The position numbers were made by a program, and so were the translations under genes. A stretch of 63,614 nt of DNA, the filler included, from Choristocarpus tenellus KU-1152 (Eukaryota; Protista; Phaeophyceae), in assembly GCA_964200185.2 (NCBI GenBank). It is 9 parts of 9 records of this genome, joined end to end, with 100 filler letters (N's around TTAATTAATTAA, not from the genome) between each part and the next. Parts side by side here need not be neighbours in the genome. Positions count along the whole stretch, not along the records: positions 1 to 15,481 come from CAXNAD020000991.1; 8 more parts are not named here. The stretch is one strand, 5' to 3'. Below the pieces are notes generated by a model. The model did not search any database. It was not told the origin of the DNA and was given only the letters and a program-made list of their open reading frames with translations. Positions 1 through 13,045 of this stretch are shown in pieces (position 1 is the stretch's first letter; each line of letters starts with the position of its first letter).

Positions 1-398
1 GTAGATACTGTAACCATAGATGTTTGTAGATACTGTAACCATAGATGTTTGTAGATACTGTAACCATAGATGTTTGTAGATACTGTAACCATAGATGTTT
101 GTAGATACTGTAACCATAGATGTTTGTAGATACTGTAACCATAGATGTTTGTAGATACTGTAACCATAGATGTTTGTAGATACTGTAACCATAGATGTTT
201 GTAGATACTGTAACCATAGATGTTTGTAGATACTGTAACCATAGATGTTTGTAGATACTGTAACCATAGATGTTTGTAGATACTGTAACCATAGATGTTT
301 GTAGATACTGTAACCATAGATGTTTGTAGATACTGTAACCATAGATGTTTGTCGATACTGTAACCATAGATGTTTGTAGATACTGTAACCATAGATGT
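1..398. repeat. 25-bp tandem minisatellite (GTAGATACTGTAACCATAGATGTTT), about 16 copies, cut by the window start
   Basis: Read directly: head-to-tail identical units with one variant (GTCGAT at 351) and no spacers. Confidence 0.97.
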
Positions 399-2077
399 CT
401 CCCACTACAAGAATTCTCCCTTGTGTACTTGCAGTGTCTACTTGAATAGTTTGACTAGTTTGTTTAGAGTGAGTGACTCCTTCACAGATGCACTCAATAT
501 GGTCAAGAAATGCCAAATAGTGCCAGCACCAATGACATCTGTATGAAAACCGTAACCTGGGTCTATCTTTTGGACGATTTGACTGCATTGTCAAGGCAGT
601 TTGTGTCTGGCGTAATGATGCTGTACTTGAAGTAACTATCATCAATTTATCAGTTATGGGGTGTTGTTCTTCACACAAACTAGTTGAGTAAAGCTAATCA
701 CCAAACCAAAGAAGTGAGATCTCTCCACATGCTCTTCTTTGAAGCTTTGAGGCAGAATGTTTGCCAGTGCACTCAATCTGTGTGGGTGTATATCATGTAG
801 AAACTGTTCTTAAGATTTTTTTTCTTGTTAATTTTTTTGCCCATTTAAAAAATATATATATTGGTCCCCAAACATTTCAATTATGTTAGCCTATGTGCAA
901 GCAAGTAAGGTCCTATTAAGTGTTCCATCACAAGTGCACTCCTATTCTGACTACGACAGGTAACCAGACCAAACAGACTAGGACTAGTTGGATTCTTTGC
1001 TAACCACAATATTGTTGTTATTGACTGCAGACATACCTGATTAGTATATTTATCAGCCGTAGGTGATGTAGAGATTGTTGTAGCTTGTAATATATTGTTT
1101 TGTTAGGGATTTCAGCACTTAGGAGGATGTATCGTATTTGAATACTTTTTGCAGAGCATGGATGTGTGGGCTATCTGGGGGATTTTACTTCCTGTCAAAG
1201 GATTTTACTTGACTGGCCACCTCTAGTCATTACTAATATTACTAGTTACCCAATGTACTATCATACTACTAGTACCACCTGTTGTCACATCTGTACACAA
1301 GACATTTTTGTGCCCAGTGGAGCTTTGTGACAAATTCAATGAATGTGGACAGCATTGATGGGTTAGGCCAGGGTTGTGACTGTGATATGTTAACCCTGTA
1401 TGGAGGGATGAGTTGGTGATACAGTTTGTACATGAATAGGGAAGTGGACTAGATAGTCTCTCTGGTTGTAATATGTGCAAGCAACAGCTGGTTAGGATAC
1501 CTATATTTGGTGTGTTTTGGGATCTGAACTGGAGCTGGAGGAGAAAAAGTGAAGCAGGGAAGAACTAGCCAGTTGTTTTCTCAAGGTCTGCTTGTGTCAC
1601 TCCTCTCACCAAAGCCAGACTTGAACTTGGCACTTAGGTGTCTAGGTGATCCTCTAATAATGGGGACTGTTGGTGCTGAGACCACAATTACCACCATCTT
1701 GACTTGAAGTATCAGGTTTGGAGAAGCGGCTGTGCTGTCACTCTTCACAATAAGTGCTGTGGTTTATGTTACATGTGATTATTTGTGGGTGCTGTGGATG
1801 GGTTCAAATGGTGGTATTCAAAATTTGTAGGGGGGTCCAAGCACACTATGAGGTCATTTAGTGTCGAAATCTCAGGCCTGGACTGTTTGATTGGGCATTG
1901 TTCGTGTTTTTGCCCCTCTGTTATTGGACATCGTGTTACCAACAAGGTGTTCTCAAGTTAGGAAACAATCTGGAGATTGATCAGTGGTTCATCCGAGAGC
2001 TAATCATTCCAGGTTACATTTACTGAACTGCCTAATAGTGGCTGGAGTACTCTTTTTTCTTCTGGTATTCTCCCCAA

Positions 2078-2330
2078 GTAGTAGTAGTAGTAATATTAGC
2101 AGTAGTAATGGTAGTAGTAGTAGTAGTAGTAATAATAATAATATTAGCAGTAGTAATATTAGCAGTAGTAATGGTAGTAGTAGTAGTAGTAGTAGTAGTA
2201 ATATTAGCAGTAGTAATGGTAGTAGTAGTAGTAGTAGTAGTAATATTAGCAGTAGTAATGTAGTAGTAGTAGTAGTAGTAGTAGTAATATTAGCAGTAGT
2301 AATATTAGCAGTAGTAGTAGTAGTAGTAGA
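2078..2330. repeat. Compound (AGT)n microsatellite with a recurring AATATTAGC interruption
   Basis: Read directly; it produces the spurious poly-S/V and poly-L/T ORFs. Confidence 0.95.
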
Positions 2331-2526
2331 ATATAAGTTGCTGGACTTTGCTGACATAATCAGCTTTCCACCACACCTTTGGTCTATCTTGAAGTTGTTT
2401 CTCATTATTATTGTTCTGCGCAGATTCCGACGTTTCAAGGACTCACTTGACCTTTTTTTTTAATGTTGGGTGTAGAAAGGAGGTAGTCTTAATATTGACA
2501 CTCAACCCTCTAACAAGAAGCAGCTA

Positions 2527-2765
2527 GATGTCAGATGGTGGTGCAACATGATTGGACAGATCTCAGCTACTTCCTTCAAAGAATATTAATGACAGCTTTT
2601 GAATATCCAAATTTTATTGTATCTTTATTATATCTTGATATTCAACGAAATCTAGCATTACTCAGAAGTGTGAACATCATTGGTGAAGATAATCAAATTT
2701 TGGATCTTTGTGATAATGATTGTAGCTGAGGTCTTTCCAATCATTTTGCACTACCTCTGAAGATC
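2527..2765. mobile_element. Imperfect palindrome (foldback/MITE-like)
   Basis: 2527-2570 GATGTCAGATGGTGGTGCAACATGATTGGACAGATCTCAGCTAC matches the reverse complement of 2722-2765 (GATCTTCAGAGGTAGTGCAAAATGATTGGAAAGACCTCAGCTAC); weaker symmetry continues inward. Confidence 0.65.
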
Positions 2766-4235
2766 CAACTCTCTTTTTCAAGAGTCACATTCTGTCAAAG
2801 TTTTGATGAGAAGGCACCGAATTTATAAAAAGAAAAACCCTATGATCGTAGTCAAACCCACACCTGCTATGGAACCATGTGAAATCACAGGAAGTTGTGT
2901 TAGGTGTTACTGTTAATTTTATCTTGAGAGCTTGCAGTCTAGTTGCAAGAGTTGGTAATGGATGGGGACTGGGGTTGGCTTTTGAGACTCACATTATTGT
3001 TTTTACCTTTGACTTGACATGCAGTGATGAGTGACAACAATGTTGTGACCCTGGTATATATATGGCAGTCAATCATTCTACTGATTCTGGAGGAGGTACA
3101 TTCTGAATATCTACTTCATTGTCCAAGCTTGGTTTATGTGTGGGATTATCCTTGGATATATTGATGTACACTGATGTTTGAATCAAAAGCGGTCAAGGGG
3201 TTTTAAGGTTAGGGTTAGGGTTAGAGTTAGAAATTCTTATTGTGTTTGATTATTATTAAAACATACATGCAAGGCACAAATGAAGGCATCCAACTTAGTG
3301 AGCTCAGCGGGTGACGTGTGCAGCACAGATTCTTGTGAAAAGCAACAAGTAGAAAGCAACAAGTGAAACTCACCCCTTACTCTTCAATTTCGATTATTTG
3401 TGATGAACTATGTAACTGGATCATTGTGGCAATTCAATCCCTATGATTCTCGCTACTTGGTACGCTCTGCATGGTTTTTGTAGTATATAATGAGGCTGTA
3501 TCACAACACTCGCAGGAAGAGGCACCTGATGATCTCATGATCCAACCACTTTCATGGATGACATCTTCAAATTATTGCAATACAGAGGGCTGTTAGAGGG
3601 CACTGTGTTTCATGTTTGTGTCAGGTTATGTTTAGTTATGGGACATTGTTCCTGTTGGCGGCCACATATGTTCTACTGCAGTTGATAGATAGGACTTGGA
3701 AGAATTGGTGCCAGGTCAAGTGTGGTGCTATCATTCTAAAATGATGAGAATGTAATTATTGGTGGTACTCATGTACAACCAATACAACTTTGAAGACCTG
3801 AAGACATGCTCACATTCTTGAGTAGGGTCGTGCGCATGATTCTGTATACTTGTAGCAACATGGTAGTCTCATGAGAGACTCTGCGGCATGGATATTATGT
3901 GATAGCTGTGCCTCTTCTACTCTATCTTGTTGTGAATGGAAACTCAGAAAATGCTGATGTCCTGACTTTGCCGAAGTTGATTGCATGATGACTTCAGGAA
4001 TGTAGCACATCATCCATCATCTCTCTCCCTCTCTAACACACGCTACATGTGTCAACATGAGGAGGGTTGAGACCCAGAAGAATGTTTGGTGTCCCTGATA
4101 TATGTATGGTGTAGTTGCCTCAATAGTATGTTGCTTTGATGATTGTATTATTAATTGATGAAGGGTGTGCTCACCGGCGGAGGCAATTGGTCTCTCCCCC
4201 ATGCTGTTGATATTCTCATCTCATCTCACCTGCAG

Positions 4236-7200
4236 ATGGGGAACGAGGAAGTTCCACAGCTACTGCAAAGGCAGATGGTGGAGAGGCTCAAGGTGGGTTG
4301 TTGTTTGGCAATATTTTCATTGACCCTGATGTCAGTGACACAAATTCAACAGGTTACAGTAGAAGAGGGACACAGTTGCTTCATTGGTTCATGGGAATGT
4401 CCCTGTCAGACATTGGTAAATCGTTCAAAGCACACCTATGAAAGGTTCAAGGTTTGTGCAGCACAGGAATATGGTGTTTTTTTATTAGTAGTAGTATGAT
4501 AACATACATGTAGGGTGGTTTTATCATATATAGAGATTAGATGAAGTGGTGTATGTACAATGGGAGAAACAGTGCAGTGTTTGTTGGGAATATTAGTAAT
4601 ATCGTAAACGTAAGTTAAATAGGAACAATATTGCTACTATTTTTATTTAAAATTTATTGGGTCAGCTTACGTTGATTGTCCTTTGCCTCCCATTGTCAGG
4701 TATCCAATTCTGTACCTCATGAGGGTGTAATATTAATACATCCATGTATCGACACCTATGTTGAGTATAATTTATATATTTATTGAGTAAAGAGTGAGTA
4801 ACTCTTATTAAAGTTTTTAATCAAATTCATACCTGAAACAATATTCCTGACATGGTGCAGGTTTAGGAGGCACAGAAAGCGACACGTATTTGCCACTATA
4901 CAATTTAAGAATCTAATGAAGTAAAAAATATTTTTTTCATCACAGTGTCTCATTCTTTTTTTTTTCCTTGAAAGGATCAGGAAATACTCTGGAGGAAGGA
5001 GGTGAAAGTGATGAGAGGGAACTAACGGCAAGTGCAGACCTGGAGGACAGCAGGTAGGTGCATCAACAAAAAACATCAATGACACACCAAGTATATATCA
5101 AAACGCCTCTTTGAGTGCGATGTTCTATGTACTATTTATTATTATTTATTAGCATGTCATGTCTTGTCATTGAAGTCACCACGCCAAACTCCTATATTGC
5201 ATTTGGAATGATGTGCTCCTTTTGGTTCAGTAATTCTCTTATATCACCATTGTGAGCAATTCTTCCTCTGGGAAAAGAATTATGGCAGTTGGTATTAATA
5301 GAGATATTTTTATATTATGCTGAAAAGATAGGTGTAGTTCGATTGTTTACTTGGAGAGGATCTTACTACTGGAAGACAGTAGCTCGATAGGTTTTGGTGG
5401 CATGTTCCTTACCTACCTCTTGCCTTGTTTTATTTTTTTTGTAAGTTCCAAGAATGTGCTGCACGTCTGCTGAATTTTTGTTTTCTTTCTTTGTGATTGT
5501 CTCCTTTCACGTTAGTGTTATTGATCCTATTAATTGGTGACTGTTGCCACTTGTATGTCTATGACTTGAGTGCCTTACATACTTATGGAGGGTTGTTGAT
5601 TGTTGATTGTTGCCCTTCCTTATGTTGCTCTGTGCTTCTTTCCTCAATCTTATGAGCAGTGAATTATCAGCCTCAGAGGAAGACAGCTCATGGATTTCAT
5701 GGTTTGTCACCTTGAGAGGAAATGAATTCTTCTGTGAGGTACGTAATTGCATGGGACACTTTCATTACACACTTCAGATATCCTTCATATTATAATAGTG
5801 CAGATTGAAGTTTGGATGTTGTACAGGATAGGAGCAGGTGCTGAATAAAATATGAAATCACTATTGTGTAAGGATGCAACTTTAAGGAAATGTCATGCAC
5901 AGGTATTAGTGAGCTTGAAATGGGATGAGTAATTTTATCAGGGATATTGAAGTGGAGGACAAGTCAGATTGGAGCTGGTTATAGAGTGTTGGGGGTATAT
6001 GTATGTAAGGCTTTTTGCAGTGGTGCAAAACACTTGTATTTTTTGTTTGTTGAATGATGTTCAGGTTGTTGCCATCAGTTCAAGACTCACCAACAATCAC
6101 TCAAATCTTTCATAGCAACAAGACAATCCTCCCAGTTTTACAAATGTGCAAAATGAAAGTGCCTTTTTGTGTTGATGCTTGCTTGGAATCACACCTGGAG
6201 GTTGATGAGGACTACATTCACGATGACTTCAACATGACTGGTCTAGCTACAATGGTGCCTTACTATGAGTATGCGTTGGATATGATCCTTGATGTGGAGA
6301 TGCCTGTGGGACAGACTCTTACAGAGGAGCAGCAGGTGAAGCAGCCTTGAAGAAAATAGTATTGGAATCAAAAATGCAGGGTCAGTACATTTATGCATAT
6401 GTGTAATGAGTGCGAGTTAATCGGATATGCTATCGTGGTCACAAGTTAGCTATTTATGCATCTAATTGATGCAATTGATGTATGGTTGAGACACCCTATC
6501 CTCACGTTATGATGTTTTATCACTTTGCTTTGAGTATTGCCACCTTGATTTTTAGCAATTTTGATTAAAAGATTCCACTACCCACACTCTGGCACATGTG
6601 GCATGTGACATGTGATCTTATGGCGTAGCTGTATGGTGTTAGTCTGATCTTAAAACTCTTTGGGGTGTTGTGTTGCAATTTTTTTTTCTGTTTTATTCCA
6701 TGATTGCAGCAAAATTAATCTTGCTCCCATGTCCAACTCAAACCTTCCTCAAATTATTACATTTTTTGTGTTAAATGTGCTCAGGAGGTGGTGGAGAATG
6801 CTGCAGAAATGTTATATGGGCTAATACACGCCCGCTATATCCTCACCAGCCGGGGAATGCAAGGGATGGTAAGAATACCTTAGCTTTCTAACTTTCTATT
6901 GTAATTTGTATAATGGCCGTTGAGTGAATATGTTTCCACCTGTCAAATGGTGGAAAGACATTGTTGGACCTTTCCATGCCATTTCTAGAGACTGTAAATC
7001 AGCTCAAGCATGACATATGAATGCCAGATTACATCACTGATGGAATGACACCTGTTCCTCCTCCCCACTCCCTTCTGTTTGTTGTGTAAAGTTTGAAAAA
7101 TTCCACATGGGAACCTTTGGGCGATGCCCTAGAGTTTATTGTCAAGGGCAGAGTGTTTTGCCTGTGGGACTTTCAGATGTCCCACGTAGCTGCACAGTGG

Positions 7201-8237
7201 CTGTTTATTGCCCTAAGTGTCAGGTAAGTGGTCAGGCTACATTGATTGACTTGTGGTGAAGATTTTCTGTTATTAATAGGGATCAGTGGGGTTTGAAGCG
7301 ATGTGGAGGCGGTGTATGGTAGTATCACTTGCGTAGGTTATGAAGCACTCAATCCTTGACTCATTGATTAGGTTGATGGATCATTTTCCAGGTGTTTGAG
7401 GGTGGATTCTTGGTTTTAGGTACAGACTATAGACTACAGCGAGAGCTTGGAGAACCACTGACCCTGTTGTTATTTCTTAGATGTAGTGTATGTTTTACTA
7501 AATATCAATGAACTTCTGTTTCTTTGGAGGATGACTCCTCCCTGTATTTTAATTCATTGAACTGTAGCATGCACCATGGTAACTTTGATGCACTTGATTG
7601 TCTGTTGCTCACAGGACATTTTCCACCCCAAGAGCACAAGACAGGCCAATATTGATGGTGCATACTTCGGAACAACATTTCCACATCTTTTTCTTCTGGC
7701 TCATCCAGACCTCATACCTGCCCGACAGAGTCAGGTATGGCTTTCATTGCGCAATGTATTGCAATATGTAGGCAGAACTCTATTGTCAAATTAAGTGATC
7801 CATGCGTTGAACAATTGGTGCACTTTTTGCACTTGAATCTACCTTACTTGGCTAAACAAAGGTTGCAGTCAGTTAGAGAGAGGTGAGGATTGTAGTGCTC
7901 CTTTTTGTTTTGAACAGGCAGTGTGTTTGTTTTGCTCTGTTGTTTCAGTTGCCCTCAATGGTCATATTTGTATTGCGTCAGCATCAAAGCATCAAAGCTA
8001 TGACTCCTCAAGTCTCTCCACCATCTGACCTCACCGCCCTCACTCTCCTAAATCCGATTGTTTGGATTAAAAAAAACGCAGACTTACGTCTCCAGGATAT
8101 ATGGATTCAAGATCCACTCCTCCAGTGTTTACCACAAAAATAATAAGGAAGGTGGTGGCAACAGTGATGGTACGGCACGTACATCACGACGGCGAACAAG
8201 TGTTAAGAAAGAGAAGTCACGCCATGCTGCTCGCTGA
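4236..8237 (+). CDS. CSNK2B: Casein kinase II regulatory subunit beta, at least 8 exons, 5' end not located
   Basis: Phase-consistent GT-AG exons: 4236-4292, 4975 or 4981-5053, 5660-5738, 6201-6335, 6785-6868, 7092-7223, 7615-7734, 8082-8237 (TGA). The product has CK2-beta hallmarks: [42 protein letters not shown], zinc ribbon GRCPRVYC...[30 protein letters not shown]. The two most upstream exons rest on splice signals and phase only. Confidence 0.95.
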
Positions 8238-9187
8238 CAAGACTGAAATGGTTAGTGAGAAGTGAATCCCTTACCTGTGTACAGCCCTTCTGCTACAGCA
8301 ATGTTATGGCTCATAGATGGCTGGTGGTCTAGTGATTGTACTGGCCATTGTACTACAATACAGGTTGTAGGCTTTTACAAGGTATGACTGGAGGTCAGGC
8401 CTTTGGCCATGGTGTTGGAAGTTGTCAGTGGAAGGTCTGCAGGGTGACTTTCACCTTTCTGAAACAACAATTTTTTGGGAGGGTATTGGGAGTATTGTTG
8501 GAGTCCCAACTCTACTATGGTAATTGGAAGGTGGAGTATTCCATGGCACAGACAAACTTTGTGAAGTTGTATGCATGCATGGCAATTGTAGGGTTGTGAG
8601 GTGTGTGGCAGTGTGTCTTACGTCTGATGGGGTTGTCTTGGTAAGTGCAAGTACCCTGTTGGAAAACTTAGGTGGGATGTGACGGCGATGTGATAGTCAT
8701 GTCAGTGCAAGTGGACCTGCGGCCTTTGTTGTAAATGTTAGTGATGCTTGTGAGCGGTCGTGCCACTAGAAAGGCTGAAGCCAACTGAGGCTGCTTCCAA
8801 GTCTGAGCCAAGTCTAAGAGGGAGCTTACAAAGCACAAAATAGTTGGATTGTGAACGGTTGTTTATGGACCAGATAGCCCAGAGAAGCAAAGCGATAGAG
8901 AGCCAGCCGCCTTTTGACAACCTACCTCTACTTCTTGGATTTATGAGGTTCAACAACAGTTTCCGAAAGGCGCTGTCAAGAACTGACTTGTGTGCTTCTC
9001 TTCTCTCAGCTGCACCTCTGCAGTTGTGATACCCTGCTGACAATATCTTCACTGCTGCATTCAAGAGCAAGATACTTGGTTCACATCCATGCCTACAGCT
9101 TGATGCTACTGCTATATATGTAGCTCTTGTGGTGTTCTGTCTTGATCCTCCTCTCACTAAACACTAAACACTAAACACTGTTCCTGT

Positions 9188-12100
9188 TCAAACACTTTCG
9201 AGGGCTTCAATGTAGATGCGACGCTTTTCTGGTTTGAGGTAGTAGTTCTTGATGCCCATCGCCTATTGTGAAACAATGCAATGGAGTAACTGTTACTTAG
9301 CATGATGTTTGTAGTAGCTCATGTGGGTAAGGGTAGGGAGTAAGTTTGGATGATGAAGTGTAAACAATGCAAGTCAGAGGCTAGGGTTTGTTCTCTCTTG
9401 ATTGAAATGCTGGAACAGAGGGTTGGTCATTGAGGTGTCAACACTCTTGGTGGGGAGTACATTCAACTTGTCATTTGGCATTTCATTTGTTGAAATTCAG
9501 TGTGAAGTTTTTTATGTCACTTGCTCTCTCTGTGCAATGCAAGAGAAATTCTAGGTATAGGTGGTCATTTTAAACTTTCTGTCAATTATTTGAGTAGAGC
9601 TAACTCCATTGTGTGTTAAAATAGGACGTTATCTTTAAAAAAGAACTGATATTTTATGTCACTTGCTCTCTCTTTGCAAATACTAGACAAGTTCCAGGCG
9701 TAGATTTGTCATTTTGAACTTTCTGTCAACTATTTGAGTAGAGCTAACTCTTTTATTGTGGAAAAGGTAAGATTTGTAGAGGAACTTAGAGCGGAGTTGT
9801 AGTGTTGTGACCTACTATCCTCAGATTCAACTGAAATTAAACAATGCCAACAATTGATTTGTTAGATTCAATTTGTAATTTTCTCGAGCAGGTGTGCAAG
9901 CTCCATGCTCTGCTGTAATTTTCTTTTATTATTCTTGTTGGGGTCGTTGAGTTTTTTTTATTATCACCAAAATGTTCAATTCAGAAAACATTATACTTGA
10001 CACTCAAGAGTGTAAGTATGTTGTGCTTGAGAATATACTTTTTTTTTTATCATAGTGCTACGGTCTCAACAAGAGAGTAGAATCCATACAAACCAATATC
10101 AACATCCAATTTTAAAATATATATTCCCCCTAAAGTTGCTTGTTGGTGTTCTCTCATCAGGCTTCGGCCCTGGTACTGTGTTCCCTTCCTTCAACATAAA
10201 AAGACGGTTGGAGTATCAGTTTCATTTGCTGCTTTCTGGGAAGTAGTTGGTATCACAAAGCTCTGCGCTGTTACAAAAAAAAGTATGAAAGAGGTGTTTT
10301 ATAGTTTCCTCAACATTTACTGTATTGCTTTCGGATAGATACACTAACACTACCTTGCTGCATTGTCTAAGTAACAAACACAAGACAATGCCGTTTGTAG
10401 ACAACACTATCGATGTGCACCAAAGCACTTTCTCCCAAACCCCTTGGATGTTTTCACTACCATTCAGTTCTCACTGTGGGTTCTCTCTGCAGAGGATGTG
10501 CTTTTGACTGCAGAGAGAACCCTAACCCTAAGATCTGCCAGCAGAGAGCAATATTATGAACTAACTGCACATGTATGAAGGTGATGGTGGCACAAATACT
10601 GGACCTCAGCTATACCTCAACACTCTGAACTACAGACATTTTTATTTTTTCAATGTGGTATTGGAGGATACTCTTTCACACTCCTTGCACCTCTCTAATG
10701 TTCTGGTTACAGTCAGTCAACCTTCATCTGGAGAATCACAAACCTGGTGCATGATGTCATGATGTTAGGGGCGGTCTACCAATGATTATTCTGAGGTTGG
10801 GTGTACAGATTTTTCGTGAACTACTGCTACGTACCGCTCTACCTATGTAATAAAGAAAAAATATGAGTACTAGGAATACGTAGATCTTAATTATGGGAAT
10901 ATCTAAGGGGCATTGAATAGCCTCTTCTACCCATACAGAGGAGTATCTCCTACCTAGGTCATTTCCCATGTTTTGAGGAATTGGCCCCCCAAGTGGTTTA
11001 ACCCCTGTGAAAGCTGTGGTAGTAGTTTCCTTGGCCTTGCCATGACTACGGGGACTTAATGTTAAAAACATAGGCGGTTAGTTGTCCTCTATTAATATAA
11101 TATATTTGTAACTATTCTGGAGTAAATACTAAAGTACTTCAAGTAGTACTGCACTCTGCCATACTTTGCTCCACACAAGGTGATCGCATTGGATTTGGTT
11201 GAAATCAAAGTATTTTTAAATATGGAAAGAGCCATATCTGATGTCCATTGTCAACGGATTTTCTTCTATGATATAACTGTGTTCTATATTTTGTATTATT
11301 TAAACAGAATTTGAAGGACATACTCCATACAGTAGTGCACACTAATGTGTTGCCATTGAAAATTAGTCTATACACTCAGAACAGAGTGTTGAAGTCTGGG
11401 GTAAAAACCCAAACCCTGATTATTGGTCAATCATCAGCCTCCCTGTGCTTTATTATGTTATCAATAGACCGATTTATTAGTCACTATACACTCAGAAGAA
11501 ACGGAGTGTGTGCGGTAGGATCAGCTCTTGTTTGTCAGACAAACCTTGCGTATTTGTGCATCCCTGATCTTTTTCAGCTTCTTCCTCGCAATCTCTGACT
11601 CATGTTTTTCTATTTCAGCCCTGTTTTTTCGCCAATAGTTCACCTGGAAAATCTTGCTTTGAGAGACAGGAAAGTGCAGTAACTGTTTTTGGATGAAATA
11701 GAAAAAAGATGTTTGCACTCGAACAAACAGGGCTACTGCATTGTAATGCCACATACAAGACACAAGTACAACTAGAAGCTTTCACAAGATGCTAAGCATT
11801 GCAGTGCCATTGCAGTTGTACTGCAATATAATAGCACTCCGAAGATAATGATAAAATCAAGGAATGAACTCTGAAGGAACGCATCTATGTAATAGAGGAT
11901 CAGCAGGCGGCTATTGACACTTAATATTGCATACAAACATATGTGGTGCTCTAAAAAGGGAGGCTTTTCTTGTCATGATGCTGTAACATTGAGGTTGTTT
12001 GGTGCACCTTCTGTTGCCACCATTTCACCCCAAGGATATTTCTTTGTGTTGATCGTTGCAGGCGAAACACGGGGTACAGGACTTGAGGAAACTGCCTGTT

Positions 12101-12553
12101 CATGTTCTGGGGAGAAGAATGAGACAAAAAGCATTCAAGCCAGGTTGACATAGTCGACCAAAGGGTGAGATCATTCAGTGGGTACTTCCATATTTTTATG
12201 GTCCAGTTTGTCATTGCTTGGAAAATACCACTTCTCTCTCTCTCTCTCTCCCTCCCTACCATGAACAAAGTACAAAGTCGACTTCATTTAGTGGAGAATG
12301 TACCTGCAGAGTTGTACTCTAGAATTTTTGGAGAGATGATTCAAGGGACATGTAATAGGTAGGTTAACTACTGTTGTGAGTCATTTGGCATGAAGCAAGC
12401 AAAGTAGTGAAGAGAACAGACAATGAGAGGGCCACCATGAGCTGTGTTATGTTTCACCTTGAACCCATCAAATGTAAGTCTTCCAAAATCATCAAGAGGT
12501 ATTTTCTTGACGGCATCTTGGACATTGTTTGAGACATTCGTACTGTGCAGTAC
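9188..12553 (-). CDS. EF-hand (calcineurin-B/NCS-like) protein, last four exons
   Basis: Phase-0 exons 12553-12458, 12106-12008, 11643-11545, 9262-9188 (TGA) join in frame: VLHSTNVSNNVQDAVKKIPLDDFGRLTFDGFK-NMNRQFPQVLYPVFRLQRSTQRNILGVKWWQQK-VNYWRKNRAEIEKHESEIARKKLKKIRDAQIRK-AMGIKNYYLKPEKRRIYIEALESV. DDFGRLTFDGF resembles a degenerate EF-hand loop. Upstream exons were not found; the family call is inference. Confidence 0.75.
9509..9750. repeat. Diverged direct duplication of about 100 bp (9509-9606 and 9652-9750) in an intron
   Basis: Both copies run TTTTATGTCACTTGCTCTCTCT...ACTTTCTGTCAA.TATTTGAGTAGAGCTAACTC. Confidence 0.85.
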
Positions 12554-13012
12554 CTGTCAACAAATATATGTGGGGACTTTTAATAGTACACAAAAAATAA
12601 AATACACCTCTCCAACTTGGAAGTATCAAAACAGGCAGCAATATATATATATATATATATATGTCGCATTGGGACCAGTAAGAATATCTTTGGAGAATAA
12701 TGTAAGAAATCATCCTTGAACATTAGCTGCTTACAATTGAGAACTGTCTATTTTATTAGCAAAAGACCTCAAGGAGGTTGGCGGGGAAAAGGTCTGTTAG
12801 AGTGCTTAATGGTGAAATTACCAAATGGATAACGTTCTTCTACAGACACTATCTACATAGATCAGTTATTTGCAGATAGGCATTACACCAGATCTCAACG
12901 TACACATAGTACACGTCAGTTCAACAAACAACAAGCGTAAACAATGGTCCACTGGGTGATGCAAGAAATCTTGGCTTTGTGTAGCGTTGTACTTCTGAGT
13001 ACTTCTGTTATG

Positions 13013-13045
13013 AGGGTTAGGGTTAGGGTTAGGGTTAGGGTTAGG
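13013..13045 (+). repeat. Interstitial telomere-like (TTAGGG)n array
   Basis: About 5 units read directly. Other arrays lie at about 3207-3230, 10518-10530, 48347-48372, 55041-55061, 58161-58177, 58861-58874 and 61476-61529. Confidence 0.9.

Noticed and set aside
1-398. CRISPR array
   Set aside because: Units are contiguous with no unique spacers; eukaryotic context; no cas genes.
1984-2463. ORFs 1984..2463 (+) and 2004..2438 (-) as membrane proteins
   Set aside because: They are translations of the AGT microsatellite.
5607-6350. ORF-track starts at 5607 and 6054 as protein N-termini
   Set aside because: These are intronic read-ins to CK2-beta exons.
8738-9157. 139-aa ORF as a separate gene
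   Set aside because: GTG start, no recognisable motif, and it lies just past the EF-hand gene stop, so it is probably 3' UTR.
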